This document shows positions 11,931 to 25,700 of a DNA stretch of 64,000 bases, piece by piece. Every line of letters starts with the position of its first letter. The stretch's first letter is position 1. The DNA is taken from NCBI GenBank assembly GCA_051294905.1, contig CM119371.1, positions 2,668,001 through 2,732,000 on the forward strand. Reading direction: 5' to 3'. The notes under the pieces are model-generated. The model was not told the origin of the DNA and searched no databases. It saw only the letters and a program-made list of their open reading frames with translations. Source of the DNA: Botryllus schlosseri. Taxonomy: Eukaryota. A program made the translations under genes and the position numbers.

Positions 11931-13177
11931 ACCTGGAACATGTAGGTAGGCTGAAATTAAACATATAAAAATGGTCCCGGAATGAATTTTTGGAGTTGCA
12001 ACGCCTTGCATTTCAAGCTCGAAAGCCCGTCTTTTTGAAATGACGATTCTATCTCCATTATTACTTAGCTCATTTGCAATTCAGTAGTTTTTATTACAGT
12101 ATTATCAGTTGTTAGTTCGTTGTGTTTGAGTTAGTACGGCATCAGATTTTGAAAGGCCGTTAGTTTTAGATCAGAGGTTCTAAAACTGGGGGCGTGAAAC
12201 CATCTGAAGGGAGGCGCGAAGCTGTGATCAAATAAAAAAAAATCGCGCTTTGCGCAGTTTACATCCAATTCCATATTAGAGGATTCTCACATCAACAGTC
12301 ATAACTAGGGCGATTTTTGTAACATGTCAAAAAATGTCAAAATTATTTACAAAGTTGTATACTACTTTTTTGCAATCTGCATTTTGTTTATATTGTAGAT
12401 TTTGCAGTGTCAGTGCACTTATCGTCTGACATTTACCGCCCAGTCTGCTCATTGTGAATCATAAACATTCAAATAAAACAAATAGGTTGGCATGGTGATA
12501 TGCTCAACGTAATGGGCAATGCATGGTACTTATATCAAGAAGCGTTTTGCTCTAAACATTTTAATTATTTCTACCATAACACGTAATGTTACAACAGCAA
12601 TACTTCATAGGGACAGATTTCGGTAAAATGAATTTTTTCATGTAAAAATTTTTCAGTTATATCGGCAAAATAAAATTTTCAGGATAAACTACTTCGTAAG
12701 AACAAACAATTCCAATCAGAGGTGAAGATAGGTAGTACAATTCTAACGTTATGTGGGAAAACAACTAATTTGTATACGTTAGGTCAAATTTGGTCAAATT
12801 ATTTAGGTGGAAAATTAGGAAGTTACTTGGTATATGAAAGAGCTGGTTGGGGAGAGAAATATTACTGACATATTTGCTTAATAATATTTAATTGGTAGGC
12901 TAATAGACCTAGTCTAAATAAACTTCGTACATAGATACTTCTGAATTCAATCTGCAATTCAATTTCAGATCAAACAAAAATTAGATTGGGTGTCAATAAA
13001 GTTTCAGATTTTGCAAATATTTGGATCAAGACATTATGAAGTATGAGTTGATATGATTAAAGAGCAATTTATTTTAACGGAATACCGGTAGGCCAACATG
13101 AGCGTTATCAGGTTATCACATATAAAAAAAGAGCTTTTTCTGCAAATTTTTTCTTGAAATGGAAGATTTACAAGCAG

Positions 13178-13455
13178 GTGGCGAGATAGCGCAGTGGTAT
13201 AATCCGCGGCTACAACACCAATGGGTGCGGGTTCGAGTTCGACCGAGGTCGACTTCCGAATTTCGATACCTAAGTGTTGGAGGTTTACCTAGGCTCCTCC
13301 TCGCCACCTCATCCGTGTCAGCGGTGTCTTACAAAAGCCTAGAGGTGGGCCGTGCTATAAGTCGGCAGTTACGGAAAACAGAAGAATATCGGCCTGGTGT
13401 AAATGACCATAGTAGTCGATAAACACCATGAATACCCAAAACAACAACAACAACA
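13178..13455 (+). mobile_element. tRNA-derived SINE, full length
   Basis: Pol III A box (TAGCGCAGTGG) and B box (GGTTCGAGTTC), unique body, (CAA)n tail. Homologous copies at 45106-46230 (split) and 54466-54678. Confidence 0.85.
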
Positions 13456-14162
13456 TTTGCAAGCTGATTTGAAATTGTATGTAAATGAGATAGGCTACTT
13501 CGGCAATAAATAGTTGTTCTAATTGTTATGTTACATAAGTTGATCGATTTTATCATGCAAAAGTTAAGGTAATAATTTCAGGTACACAGCCCATAATGTC
13601 TCCCTCTCATTTCTGTCTATATCGTAGGCCTACTTCAAAACTTTTGTGAAGGGTGTCATATGAATTATGTAGTAACATGGAACATGTACTTAAGTAATGA
13701 GTTAGATGCCAAAATTCTGTAACTAGAATATGGAGCATAATTTTCAGAAATATTCCCTGTAGTCCAAGTTCGTAAGTAAATATTACATAAAAACTCCTTT
13801 CCTAAAGATTCTATGCGGCAGGTATTATACGACACTATTTACCAAAATATTCAGGCAAACAGAAATGATAGGGAGAGTTATGAAATATTTTTACACACAG
13901 CGATTTCCATGGGCTTCACCTTCAGCTACATTCTTGGCAGGGCACCAAAGATGAATATTTTCTCACTGGCTTGCTGAATTCATCAATTTATACAACATGA
14001 CAACATTCTCAGGCCTTAGTAGCTCATTTAAACTGACGCAAGTTCAGATCTGCATAAAATCAGCACTTGGATTTCACGGTTAAATGAGCAGAAAGCTTGT
14101 TTTCATCATACGATAACTTGAAAACTTCATTCAAAATGGATACCGGTAGCTATCTACTCAGC

Positions 14163-14883
14163 GATTACCAGTGAACCCAGCCCTCGGTAAACCCAGCCAT
14201 ACAAACCCAGCCCTCGGTAAACCCAGCCCTCGGTAAACCCAGCCCTCGGTGAACTCGGCCCTCGGGAAATTTTGTATTCACTGGCAACCCTAATATCCCC
14301 CTCTCCCAACCCTAATATCCCACCTCCCCCAACCCTAATTTCCCACCTCCACCAACCCTAATATCCCCCCTCCCCCAACCCTAATATCCCACCTCCGGCA
14401 ACCCTAATATCCCACCTCCACCAACCCTAATATCCCACCTACACCAACCCTAATATCCCCCCTCCCCCAACCCTAATATCCCACCTCCGGCAACCCTAAT
14501 ATCCCACCTCCCCCAACCCTAATATCCCCCCTCCCCCAACCCTAATATCCCACCTCCCCCAACCCTAATATCCCACCTCCACCAACCCTAATATCCCACC
14601 TCCACCAACCCTAATATCCTACCTCCGCCAACCCTAATATCCCAGCTCCCAGCTTTAATTCAAAATTTTTCGGGGGCGGAATTCACCGAGGTCCATAGTA
14701 TTCGAGAAACACCATGAATACCACAAAACAAACAAGTAGATTATGTGAGCGCCACGTTATCTCCCCCGCTTACTCAATCCGTGAATACAAAATTTCCCGA
14801 GGGCTGAGTTCACCGAGGGCTGGGTTTACCGCGGGCTGGGTTTGTAAGGCTGGGTTTACCGAGGGCTGGGTTCACCGGCAACC
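14163..14883. mobile_element. MITE with ~110-bp internally repetitive TIRs and 8-bp TSD (Merlin- or Mutator-like, unclassified)
   Basis: Ends GATTACCAGTG / CACCGGCAACC; arms built of aaacccagccctcggt units ending in gggaaattttgtattcac; TSD TACTCAGC (14155-14162 and 14884-14891). Confidence 0.85.
14285..14650. repeat. ~23-bp minisatellite (CAACCCTAATATCCCACCTCCCC) x ~16, containing CCCTAA
   Basis: Direct tandem array inside the 14163-14883 MITE; the minus strand is rich in G runs. Confidence 0.95.
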
Positions 14884-15906
14884 TACTCAGCAATAGCCTT
14901 TCACAAGGTGATGAGTCAAATTTCAGCAAAATCTGCAACTGGATGGAGACCGAATTTCTCTTTGGTTCATTTGACATAGAATTACCTATATAGGCCTACA
15001 TCAGTCACAAAGAATCCAATAAGCTGGCTTGGTCATTGTTCATGGCTTAAGGTTGAACTTAATCGGACTTCCAGTATCATTTTACATTCAGTAATTTTAT
15101 TCTTGAGCTAGGCAGGAAAGAACGATCGATACTCCATGGAAACTCGAAAATTATGTTTGATAGAAGCTGTAAGCCAATATGGAATTGGCGTCTCGTGCAG
15201 ACTGAAGAATCTACTGAATACACACAGGTGTGAAGAAAGACGCTTTTGAGAACCGTCTCGGCACACCAAACATATCACGCTATCAGGACGTATCAGGATT
15301 CCATTTTCGAGCATATTGATTGAATACATAAACACTTCTTCCTTGCCGACGGCGATTTTCAGAGTCCGGGGTTACCGGTGTCGAATATCAAGCCATGACA
15401 CCATTTCAAAAGATTTCACATCAGACCAACCTTTCGTAACACACTGATGCAGTCAGAGGCCATCACAATTTCGAGTTGGTAACCTCTATTCCTATCGATA
15501 TACTGTACTATTGTATGTGAGCACAGTATAGAAGCGCGAAACGGTATACCAATAAAGCACAGGCCAACAATCAATCAACATCAAGTAGCTGTACGGTAGG
15601 TTATCGGTTCGCGCATTCGCCAATTCGGCATCGTGGTGATTCATCTTTTCTTCCTAAATTCAGGTGTACCACGTCAATCTTTTTCGCTTTATCCAGTAAT
15701 ATAAGTAAGTGAGTCAGCCTGTACTCTGAAACATATTAGCCATATTTTCAACGTCCGATCGAATTAAAACTAATATTAGAACACTCAATCAGCTGATTTC
15801 ATTCCATGTTTTGACTCAGAGCCATTCATGCACGTGAGACATTAGCTCCACCACGCGGAAGAACGAAAGGCGTCGAACTGATAACACTCATGCAGTTCGA
15901 TATCAC

Positions 15907-17320
15907 CATAGTGTCCTATATGGTGTCGACACAAGCAAATCTCACGGTTCAATGAAATTGTATCACGTCACAATTTCCATTTGGCTACAGGCAATTTGAC
16001 GGTTATCTTTGACCGGCTTGCCGAGCAATAAATTTGATGAATAGGGTATCAATCGAAAGCTGACTCTGCACTGATTACGAAAATATAAATTTTATTACAC
16101 TCATGGCCCTGGAACCCCCACAATCAGCCCCAAATTATTCATTGTTGAGTAGATTGGCAGTGTGACGCAACAGTGCTGTCTGGCGAAACGAGAGAGAAAC
16201 TCAAGAGCAAGGATGCGGCCGAGCGGCGAGAGTGGGATCAGCTGACGTCGCGGCAATAGCTATGTGCAAATATAGATAACTAACCTAGCTATACTTAGGC
16301 GGAAGGATCTCTATAAGTTGAAGGATATTGCAGGAAAATTCGTAGGTCCCAAATACATTCTGTGGACGCAGTTCTACCTTTACAAATCAAGGAAAGGCTG
16401 GTAATGTGTGCTCGCTTTTAGCGAAGCGCCTATAGAAAGTATCAACAGCGCCACGCATCTCTGGAGCCCTACGCAACAAGCGGGCTAAGGTAATCGATAT
16501 CATAATAATCTGACATATCCAATGAAGACTACTTAGACGTAGCCTAAATATCTCTATCAGCTGAAGGATATTGCGCGAAAATTGGTAGGGACCAAATACA
16601 TTCTGTGAACCCAGTTCTACCCTTACAAATCAAGGAAAGGCTGGTAATGTGCGCTCCCTTTTAGCGAAGCGCCTATAGAAAGTATCAACAGCGCCACGCG
16701 TCTATGGAACCCTACGCAACTAGCGGGCTAAGGCAATCGATATCATAATAATGTGACATATCCCATGTAGACAACTTAGACGTAGCCTAAATATCTCTAT
16801 CAGTTGAAGGATAATGCGCGAAAATTGGTAGGGCCCTAATACATTCTGTGGACCCAGTTCTACCCTTAAAAGTCAAGGAAAGGCTGATAAGGCGTGCTCT
16901 CTTGTACGGAAGCGAATAGAAAAAGTGTCAACAGCGCAGCGTTTCTCTGCGACGCGATTGCACATAGCTATTGCCGCGACGTCAGCTGATCCCACTCTCG
17001 CCGCTCGGCCGCATCCTTGCTCTTGAGTTTCTCTCTCGTTTCGCCAGACAGCATTGTTGCGTCACACTGCCAATCTACTCAACAATGAATAATTTGGGGC
17101 TGATTGTGGGGGTTCCAGGGCCATGAGTGGAATAAAATTTATATTTTCGTAATCAGTGCAGAGTCAGCTTTCGATTGATACCCTATTCATCAAATTTATT
17201 GCTCGGCAAGCCGGTCAAAGATAACCGTCAAATTGCCTGTAGCCAAATGGAAATTGTGACGTGATACAATTTCATTGAACCGTAAGATTTGCTTGTGTCG
17301 ACACCATATAGGACACTATG
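15907..17320. mobile_element. Foldback element, P-superfamily-like (CATAG...CTATG), ~365-bp TIRs
   Basis: Near-perfect inverted arms at 15907-16270 and ~16958-17320; 7-bp TSD ATATCAC (15900-15906 and 17321-17327); core of ~2.7 tandem ~243-bp units. Confidence 0.85.
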
Positions 17321-18349
17321 ATATCACATTTACTTCATAATCTATTTAGTTTTGTCATCTCTCCGAATTTTATTCTCCCGTACACATCGATATTATCGGA
17401 ACAGTCCATAAGCCCACATTTAAATAGGGTATGCATTATAAACATTTAAAATAACTATACGGCCAGAAAGGTGAGGAGCCATCGATGCATGATGCCCTTG
17501 GAAACCGAGGAGACCGCCTGCCTAGTAACCGCTTTGTATATATCGTTTTGCACTTGCCCTATGCCAAGGGCGGGCACCTTCTCCGGTCGGTGAGCCGGAT
17601 ATGGGAAAATTAAGCTCTTGGCGGGTCGGATTATAGAATATATACATTATACCTTAATCGCGTCAACTTCCTCGTTCGGCGCCCAAACTACCGTATCTTA
17701 CTCCACATTGCCAGGTAGTTAAGTAAAAAAATGGTTAACTTTCCGCCCAGCTTCCGAAATACCCGCCGGAGCGTCACTTCGGTGCTGATTTACTGCATAT
17801 CAGTTGCATTTTGCTATAAATATGACCTAAATTCTCAAAAAAGAAGACTGAAGGGCGTCCTCCGAGGACACTTTAAAAAAAGAGGACAAATCCTCTTTAA
17901 AGAGGACGAATGGTAACCCTACCTTAGTAAAGACTGCACGAGAACATCAGTTATATTGGAACGCAGCCCTCCTCGTTAATGTTCGTGGTAGTGTTGGGAT
18001 TAATTCACTGCCTTCGAATCGCAAGTCATCTCGAGTCATTGCACATTTTGACTCGAGTCAAGTCTATTCACTTGATTTTCTTAGGTGACAAGGGCCGAGT
18101 CAAGTCACTCGATTTTTGGAGGTGACCCGAGTCACGTCGAGTCAAGTAACTAGTCAAGTCAAGTTGAAATTTCAAAGTACTAGGCATGATGATGATTCAA
18201 AGTCATTACTAGGGCAATTTCTTTTTTGACACGTCAAAAAAACTCAAAAATTTTTTATTGAAAAAAAAAGCTATTTTCACTCCACCCTACAACGCATGCC
18301 TATTGACATTCCAACATTTAACGACAAATGACGATACATATCCTCACAT

Positions 18350-21300
18350 TATCGAATGTGACTATGGAACGGAAACTCCCGTTTTCCCATTGTTAAGTTA
18401 CGCTCGACTGAATCTAGCGACTTTGGTCAATCGCAGCGCAACAATCGGACAATTTGCCTTAGGTTAAATGGCATATCACACTTGTAGATAATCGACTTTG
18501 ATAACGAAATTACTAGACTAATCAATCAGTGGTAATCTTGAAACTTGCAACAGTGTTAGATGACATCATCAAGATATACAATTCGGAAGCTAGTCGCTCA
18601 TCTGGGTATGAAACACAATCAAAATCAACATAGACCGATAGCGGCTTTTGCGAAAAATCCGTTACGCGCTAGGCTGCGCACACCTATATACTCGACTGCG
18701 ATAACGAAATTATCACCCTAATCAGTTAGTGGTCATCTTGAAATTTGCTACAGTGTTAGATGACATCAATATATATAATTCGAAAGCTAGTCGCTCATCT
18801 GGGTATGCAACACAATCAAAATTAACATCGACCGATAGCGGCTTTTGTGAAAACTCCGTTACGCGCTAGGCTGCGCGCACCTATATATACTTATACCCGA
18901 CTTCGATAACTAAATAGGCCTTTTGCAGGACTTCGATCACGTGACTAGATACGCATAGCAACAACAAATTGGTTAGCAAGCTACTTTCTCGCGCACCTGC
19001 TTCAGTGCTAAATATCGCATAGTGTACTGTTGATTTCTGGTTGTAAACGTTTCGGAAATTTGTTGTAGAAGTCATCAAAGATTCACCTATGATAGATGTC
19101 AATCATGTACAAAGCATTTCGAATGATATCGTCAGAATTACGCAGAAATCCATCGGTAACGTAGTCGTATTACCGTACTCAACTCTGATCATATGTACTT
19201 AAATTTATGCATTTGAAGTAAAGCGATTGGCTTATATTCTGGTAAGAGTATTTGTTAGTTCAAGCAGTACTATTTGTCTGTTGTGGAGCGTGATTTTGGA
19301 TGGAAGATATGGCTGAAGCAGCCGGGACCCGCAAGGATCAGGATATACTGTCTGCTGGTTTGGGTGCTGGCGTGCTGCTATAAAACAAATGTCGCTGAAC
19401 ACATCGGAAGTATCTTTTGGGAGAACCTGCCATCAAGACTAAGCAAATCAGTGCACTTTATTGTTACCTTTTACAATGATAATTTTATTACCACTACTTC
19501 GCAACTGCGATTGAAGTGGATTTGGCAAATCACACTCGATTTTGATAAATAGTTGATGTCACATATGTGCGATATTTAGCGAACTAAGGGAAGTAGCTAT
19601 CATATAACTCTTAGAGCAGCTCAAACGCAGTGACAAGATCGGTCATCCTATACCCAGACGTGGTCAACGTGGTTATTGTTGGGAACCGAGTAGAAGTTAT
19701 GCCTTAATTTATACTCCAGTACAAGTAGCACTAATTACTTCCAGGACATGTCCAAAGTACTTCAAGTGGAAGTAGAAATGAATTTCTGAAAAGCGGTCAA
19801 GAAATTCGTTACATGAAGTAGATTTGGTTGAGGGTCACTTAGTTTTAGAAATTGATGCCATGTGACAACTGTAAACATTGCATGTTGCATCTGCTTGATC
19901 AACGCAAAAGGGTGATGACACCACAAATAAGTGCAATTTTCAAAAATTAATTTAGTTACCGTGGTACAGGGGCTATTTTGCCCAGTTGTTATGACAACCT
20001 CACGCTTGAAGGGGATGCAATCATGCGCCAACGCTACTTTCTAGTTGACAAAATCCCAAACCTGACAAAAAAGTACTACCTAAAAAGTGTCAAGTAGAAG
20101 TGGAAGTAGCCTAAACTCATAATGACGCTAGTACTCAGGTAAAATAGTACTTCGTTTCTGACCCCCTCTGTGTATTGGCTCATCCAACTCAGAAACATCC
20201 TCTAAAGACGACTAACATTGTTTCTTTCGCATTGACTCCGTAATATTCTGAACTTATGATATTCTTTGATTCATTGAATTTACAAATAAACTTGCAAAGA
20301 AGATCGATTTATTAATTTTTGTGCATCCGATACCCAGAGCATAAGAAATAGTTGAAGAAAAATGGATGTTAACCTTATCAAGTTCAATAACGGCCGAGAC
20401 TGTTATGCATATGTATTTTCCTCTACCTCCATAGCCACTTGTCTAGACATATTCATAGCATCCACGGAAGAGCGCTTGTCTTGCTGTACACAAATGAAAT
20501 ATCATTTTCAAAGCAGACATCAACATCGGGAAAGAAGTTCAGGACAGTTAGTCAGTGGTCAGATCATCTGCTGACATTTTCTGTTGGCATGAAACCACGC
20601 TGCCTTCCACCGCATGACCAAATTTTATGTGGTGATAATAATTGGCTCCAGGTTGAATTCTTGACGAGGGCATCATCAATTTCTTAGTTGCCTATGTTCG
20701 GCTCTCTTGGGATAATCCATCAGATCATTATTCCGTATGCATGTGGTATAGCCATATGTCTTGAAACTCAAGATATTTGCACTGTGCCATAGAGTGAAGT
20801 AATCCAATCCAGGCAATCAATCAAGTAATCCAGGCCCCGGGACAGTTTGTTTCACCCTCAATTGGAGCTGATGATCATTTTCCTTCGGGTAGTGCCGTAG
20901 TGGCACTTGGCAGCATGACAGAATGATCAATAACTTGTAATATAGGTGTAGAGGTCTAAACATTTTGAATTGTTTAACTGAGAAGTCATACAATAGCTTA
21001 GGATATTTAATATATATATGGTATGTAGCACATTGCATGAATTCATAACACATCAACGTACTGGCACTGGCAGTCATTCTCTCTTAGGCTTAAAAATAGC
21101 AGTATCCTATATTGCAATCGATATCAATCATCAAAATGCTGCAATGATTACCAACTACCGCTACAATACAACTATAGTATACTATTCACATCTAACTTAA
21201 TGCTGCAATAAATATCACGCAGTCAATGTCCTGCAATGTCGAATTTTGTGTCATAAAATCATAGTTGACTACCAAATAACGGCTACAATGTCGATCATTT

Positions 21301-22763
21301 TGACGCAAGGAGTTTACATAGTTCATGAATCAAAGACATCCAACATATTTGAATCCTTGCGCATCTCCATGACACTTGCGAACGTTTACAGCCCGAAAAC
21401 AATAATATAATGTATCCGAAATACGGCTACGTTAACGACGGATTTCTGCGTAATTCTCACGATATCATTCTATGTGCTTTGTACAGGATTGACATCTAGC
21501 ATAGGTAAATCTCTGATGACTTCTACAACAAATTTCCGAAACGGTTACAACCAGAAATCAACAGTACACTATGCGATATTTAGCACTGAAGCAGGTGCGC
21601 GAGAAAGCAGCTTGCTAACCAATTTGTTGTTGCTATGCGTATCTAGTCACGTGATCGAAGTCCTGCAAAAGGCCTATTACCACCCTATTCAGTGAGTGGC
21701 AATCTGGAAAGTTGCTGCAGTGTTACATGACATCATCAAGATAAACAATTCGAAAGCTAGTCGCTCATCTCGGTATTCAACACACACCGATACCGGCTTT
21801 TGCGAAAAATCCGTTATTGGCTAGGCTGTGCGCACTGCGCACAGTGCGCAGCTAGTACATACTCTACTTCGGTAACGAAATTACTGATTCAACTGTGTAG
21901 GAAGAGCCTTTAAATTTCGCACAGAGTTAGAACGCATAATCCGAACAATAGATACGTAATCTCGTCATCTCTCCCGCTATGGAAGCACCGTCAAAATATA
22001 TAGAGCAACGCAGGTTTTTGCGTAAAATCTGTTCCGCAGGCAGCCCTATATGCTCTCGTAACCGTAACAGCACTTCGTCAGGCCCCCCAAAACGTTGGTC
22101 TTGGGCCCTACATAGGGTTATAAATAATGGCCGACGCCGAAATGCTTATTTCAATTTGCCTGTATTTGTATATTGCATATGTTTGCGCAAAGTAAACTGT
22201 CGCACAATAGATTTTACACGAGTATATAGGATAGGTGCGCGCAGCCTAGCGCGTAACGTATTTTTAGCAAAAGCCGGTATCGGTCCATGTGGATTTTATT
22301 TGCATACCCAGATGAGCGACTAGCTTTCAAATTGTATATATTGATGATGTCATCTAACACTGTAGCAAATTTCAAGATTACCACTAACTGATTACGGTGG
22401 TAATTTCGTTATTGAAGTCGAGTATATAGGTGCGCGCAGCCTAGCGCGTAACGGATTTTTCGCAAAAGCCGCTATCGGTCTATGTTGATTTTGATTGTGT
22501 TGCATACCCAGAGGAGCGACTATCTTCAGAATTGTATATCTTGATGATGTCATCTAACACTGTTGCAAGTTTCAAGATTGCCACTGACTGATTAGTCTAG
22601 TAATTTCGTTATCAAAGTCGAGTATCTATAAGTGTGATATGCCATTTAACCTAAGGCAAATTGTTCGATTGTTGCGCTGCGATGGACCAAAGTCGCTAGA
22701 TTCAGTCGAGCGTGACTTAACAATGGGAAAACGGGAGTTTCCGTTCCATAGTCACATTCGATA
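18350..22763. mobile_element. Large non-autonomous foldback element with modular TIRs of >800 bp
   Basis: TATCGAATGTGACTATGGAACGG...CCGTTCCATAGTCACATTCGATA. Arms 18350-~19180 and ~21420-22763 contain ~195-bp subrepeats. Flanks CTCACAT / CCCACAT form an imperfect 7-bp TSD. Confidence 0.8.
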
Positions 22764-25700
22764 CCCACATCTTCACCAAGTCTACCTACCTCTCATTCGA
22801 ATTAAGTTCTGACACATGAAACGATTGTCTGGCATTCATCCTGATTGCTACGCAACCTTTTGTCACATTGTACGCATTCGCGTAAAATGCATTGTCTCTC
22901 GATATCTCGATAACCCCTAAAAATGCAAGGCTCAAATAACTGATTATTATTTATTTCAAATCAATTCTATACATTTCATAACATGAAAACGCAGCCCAAT
23001 ACAACATAAAATCACGGAAATTCCAGCCACTACTCTCTAAGTCTAATACGAAGATACTCATTAGGAGTCATTAACAATACTCTTGAGTTATAATGAGTTG
23101 TGGATAATGTCAGTATAATTGCAAATTAATCACAATGGACAGTATGAGTCATTTATGGAATGTCGAGCAGCAAATCATAATATTCTCAGTAAAAAGGGAA
23201 CATTGAATCACATCCATAAGATTATCTGAAATTTCGATTGTTATGGATTAACAATTTGCCTCTTTTTCTGTTAACTATGATGTATAAGTCATTTAGAATC
23301 AATTAATCACATATCAATAATAAACGAGGTCATCAAGAGAAATGAGCCAATTATATTAAGCTCGAAGCATTTGGAAACACCAAGGTAGCAGAAAACTTGG
23401 TCATTGGTCATAGAAGCAAGAAAAATAGTTGGCTCGAAGTACAGCGACCGTCATTCTACAGAATAATATTAAGGTCATGAAATATCTTGGTAATGAAAGT
23501 TTTAAACTCGGTAAGTATACCTTTCAACACTCTACTGAAGTCAACTGTAGAGATATAGAGAGAAAGATATAGAGAAAGATCACTAGATCGTGATGGAATA
23601 TGGAGAATCCTACATAATTGACATTACAATGTATTTCATACACTACATTACATTCATTTCAACAAAATTTTTAATTATATATATATATATATATTTTTGA
23701 AGTATTCAATTTCTATCATAATCCATCACTCAAAACGTAAAGACAGAACACACTGCACAGTGCACATTTAAGAATATAAAACTTTTTTGCATTTTTCCAT
23801 ATTTATGATTTTTATGTAATTTTTATTGTATTCAATTATTTTATAAGTGTAGGACGATGGTATCTATTTATTTTATCCCGCGAGTAGATCCCAACTTGCG
23901 AGTAAATCCTTATAATAGCAAACAATTCCACGGGATGACGGCTTGAACTTCACTGTAGTCAAACAACCTTCGCATTCAAATCAATTCAACCTGTAATTCG
24001 TGCCGTAAAACATTCCTCTTCGGAAATATGTAGGTTAGATGTGACATTTATGGCATTACCATTGTTTTCGTCGATTTGTTAAGCTTTATGCAACTGTTTT
24101 GGGTACCTAATTGTAAAATGCATAACAGAAATAGTTTCGTGAAATTGCATCGATTGAACATGAAATAGTCAGTTTGAATTCCAAAACGAATAGCAGTAAT
24201 TCTGCTCTGCACGTCACAATTTTGTTGCTCTTGTACACGAGTAACAATGTTGCATCTATAGCTGTTTCCTCCACTCGCTGAAAAACAAATACCTCTGAAT
24301 AAATCACTATCCCAGTTAATCAATTACTTCAGCAAACTATTCGGACTATGAGCAGAAAATTAACTGTTCGCACGGGTATGTCATAACAATGCACAAAATA
24401 GAATTCGACTTGCTGTAGAGTACCTGGGATCAGAGTCGGATGAATCGTAGGGATTGAAACTACAGGACGATTCGGCATTTAAATTTTCGCGAGACGATTC
24501 TCACGTATCGTCGACACACAATCCAATATACGGTAACATATTTAATCAGTACACGAATTTAATGAAAAGAAACCTGCAGTCAACACATCGTATCGCGGGA
24601 GCGGTGTTGGCTGGGACGGTGTACTTGCTAAAGGACTTTAACAGTTGACATTTCGATTAGAAAAATTGCGGTGCTGTTAGCAATATCGAGTATCAATGAC
24701 ACTCGAAAAGTAGCTATCGACTTGTTTTATGGAAAGCCTAAACTATTGGTGACGATAAGCGCACTTCTGTCAGAATTGGATAATTAGATAATTCTAGTTG
24801 TCTAATTAGACTAATTAGAGCAAATGCCGGTAATGTAACTGGAATCTATTTTGTGAAATGATTCTCTGCTCTAATTCTAATCTAATTGGCATTTTCTCAT
24901 TTTAATTCAAGCCCTATCTCTGGAATTCCTGTAAATGCTACTGAGAGAATTATGTAGTGCGAAACGAGCCAAGCTTGTTGGACAGACATTTGCTATTATC
25001 ATGCTGATTTGATGGTAACGGAGCTGGATCCAATGACCTATTTTTTTGCGGAGTCAGTAATTCTAATCTCATTCTAATTTGGAAAAATGTAATAGCTATA
25101 ACTACAGTTTTAATCTATTTTGAAAAAAGTAACGCGATAGTTATAATTCTACCATAAGTTGGAAATAACTGTGTAGCGTCAATTCTAATTCTACTGTATG
25201 TTGAAAGAAAATTTAACTGTAATTATGTTACTGATCAATTTTGCAAAAGCAGGAAATCTTCTAGATGACCGAGTCTGCCTGGATATTGATCTGAAATCTT
25301 GTCGATTTGCAGCACAACTACTGAGCACATTCAAGACGAAGTTTACGAAAAATTTGTAAGTTGTCACTTGCGATTACCTAAGAAAAGTATTCGACAACCA
25401 GTCCCAGTAATAATATTTGAAACGCACATACTCCAGTACTTTTCAAACCTTCATTTACACTATTGCTACATGCACCCGAGCAAAAAATGAACGGGATCAC
25501 TCCGACTTCTGTTCGAGTTTAATCAATGACTATTTCGATAGTCTCTTTAAAAATGATGTGACAACATATTACGACCAATACCTCTATTTATATCACCCCC
25601 AGCAGCTAAACAATCCGGACGCATTAATTCCCGACCTACGCCGTATTAACATATAAATTATTCGATTATCTCATCAAATCTCAGCTTTGTAATATAACAA

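Noticed and set aside
13178..13250. tRNA gene
   Set aside because: No proper cloverleaf; it continues into a repeated body and tail, so it is a SINE head.
14285..14650. True telomere or interstitial (TTAGGG)n
   Set aside because: CCCTAA is embedded in a 23-bp unit inside a TSD-bounded MITE.
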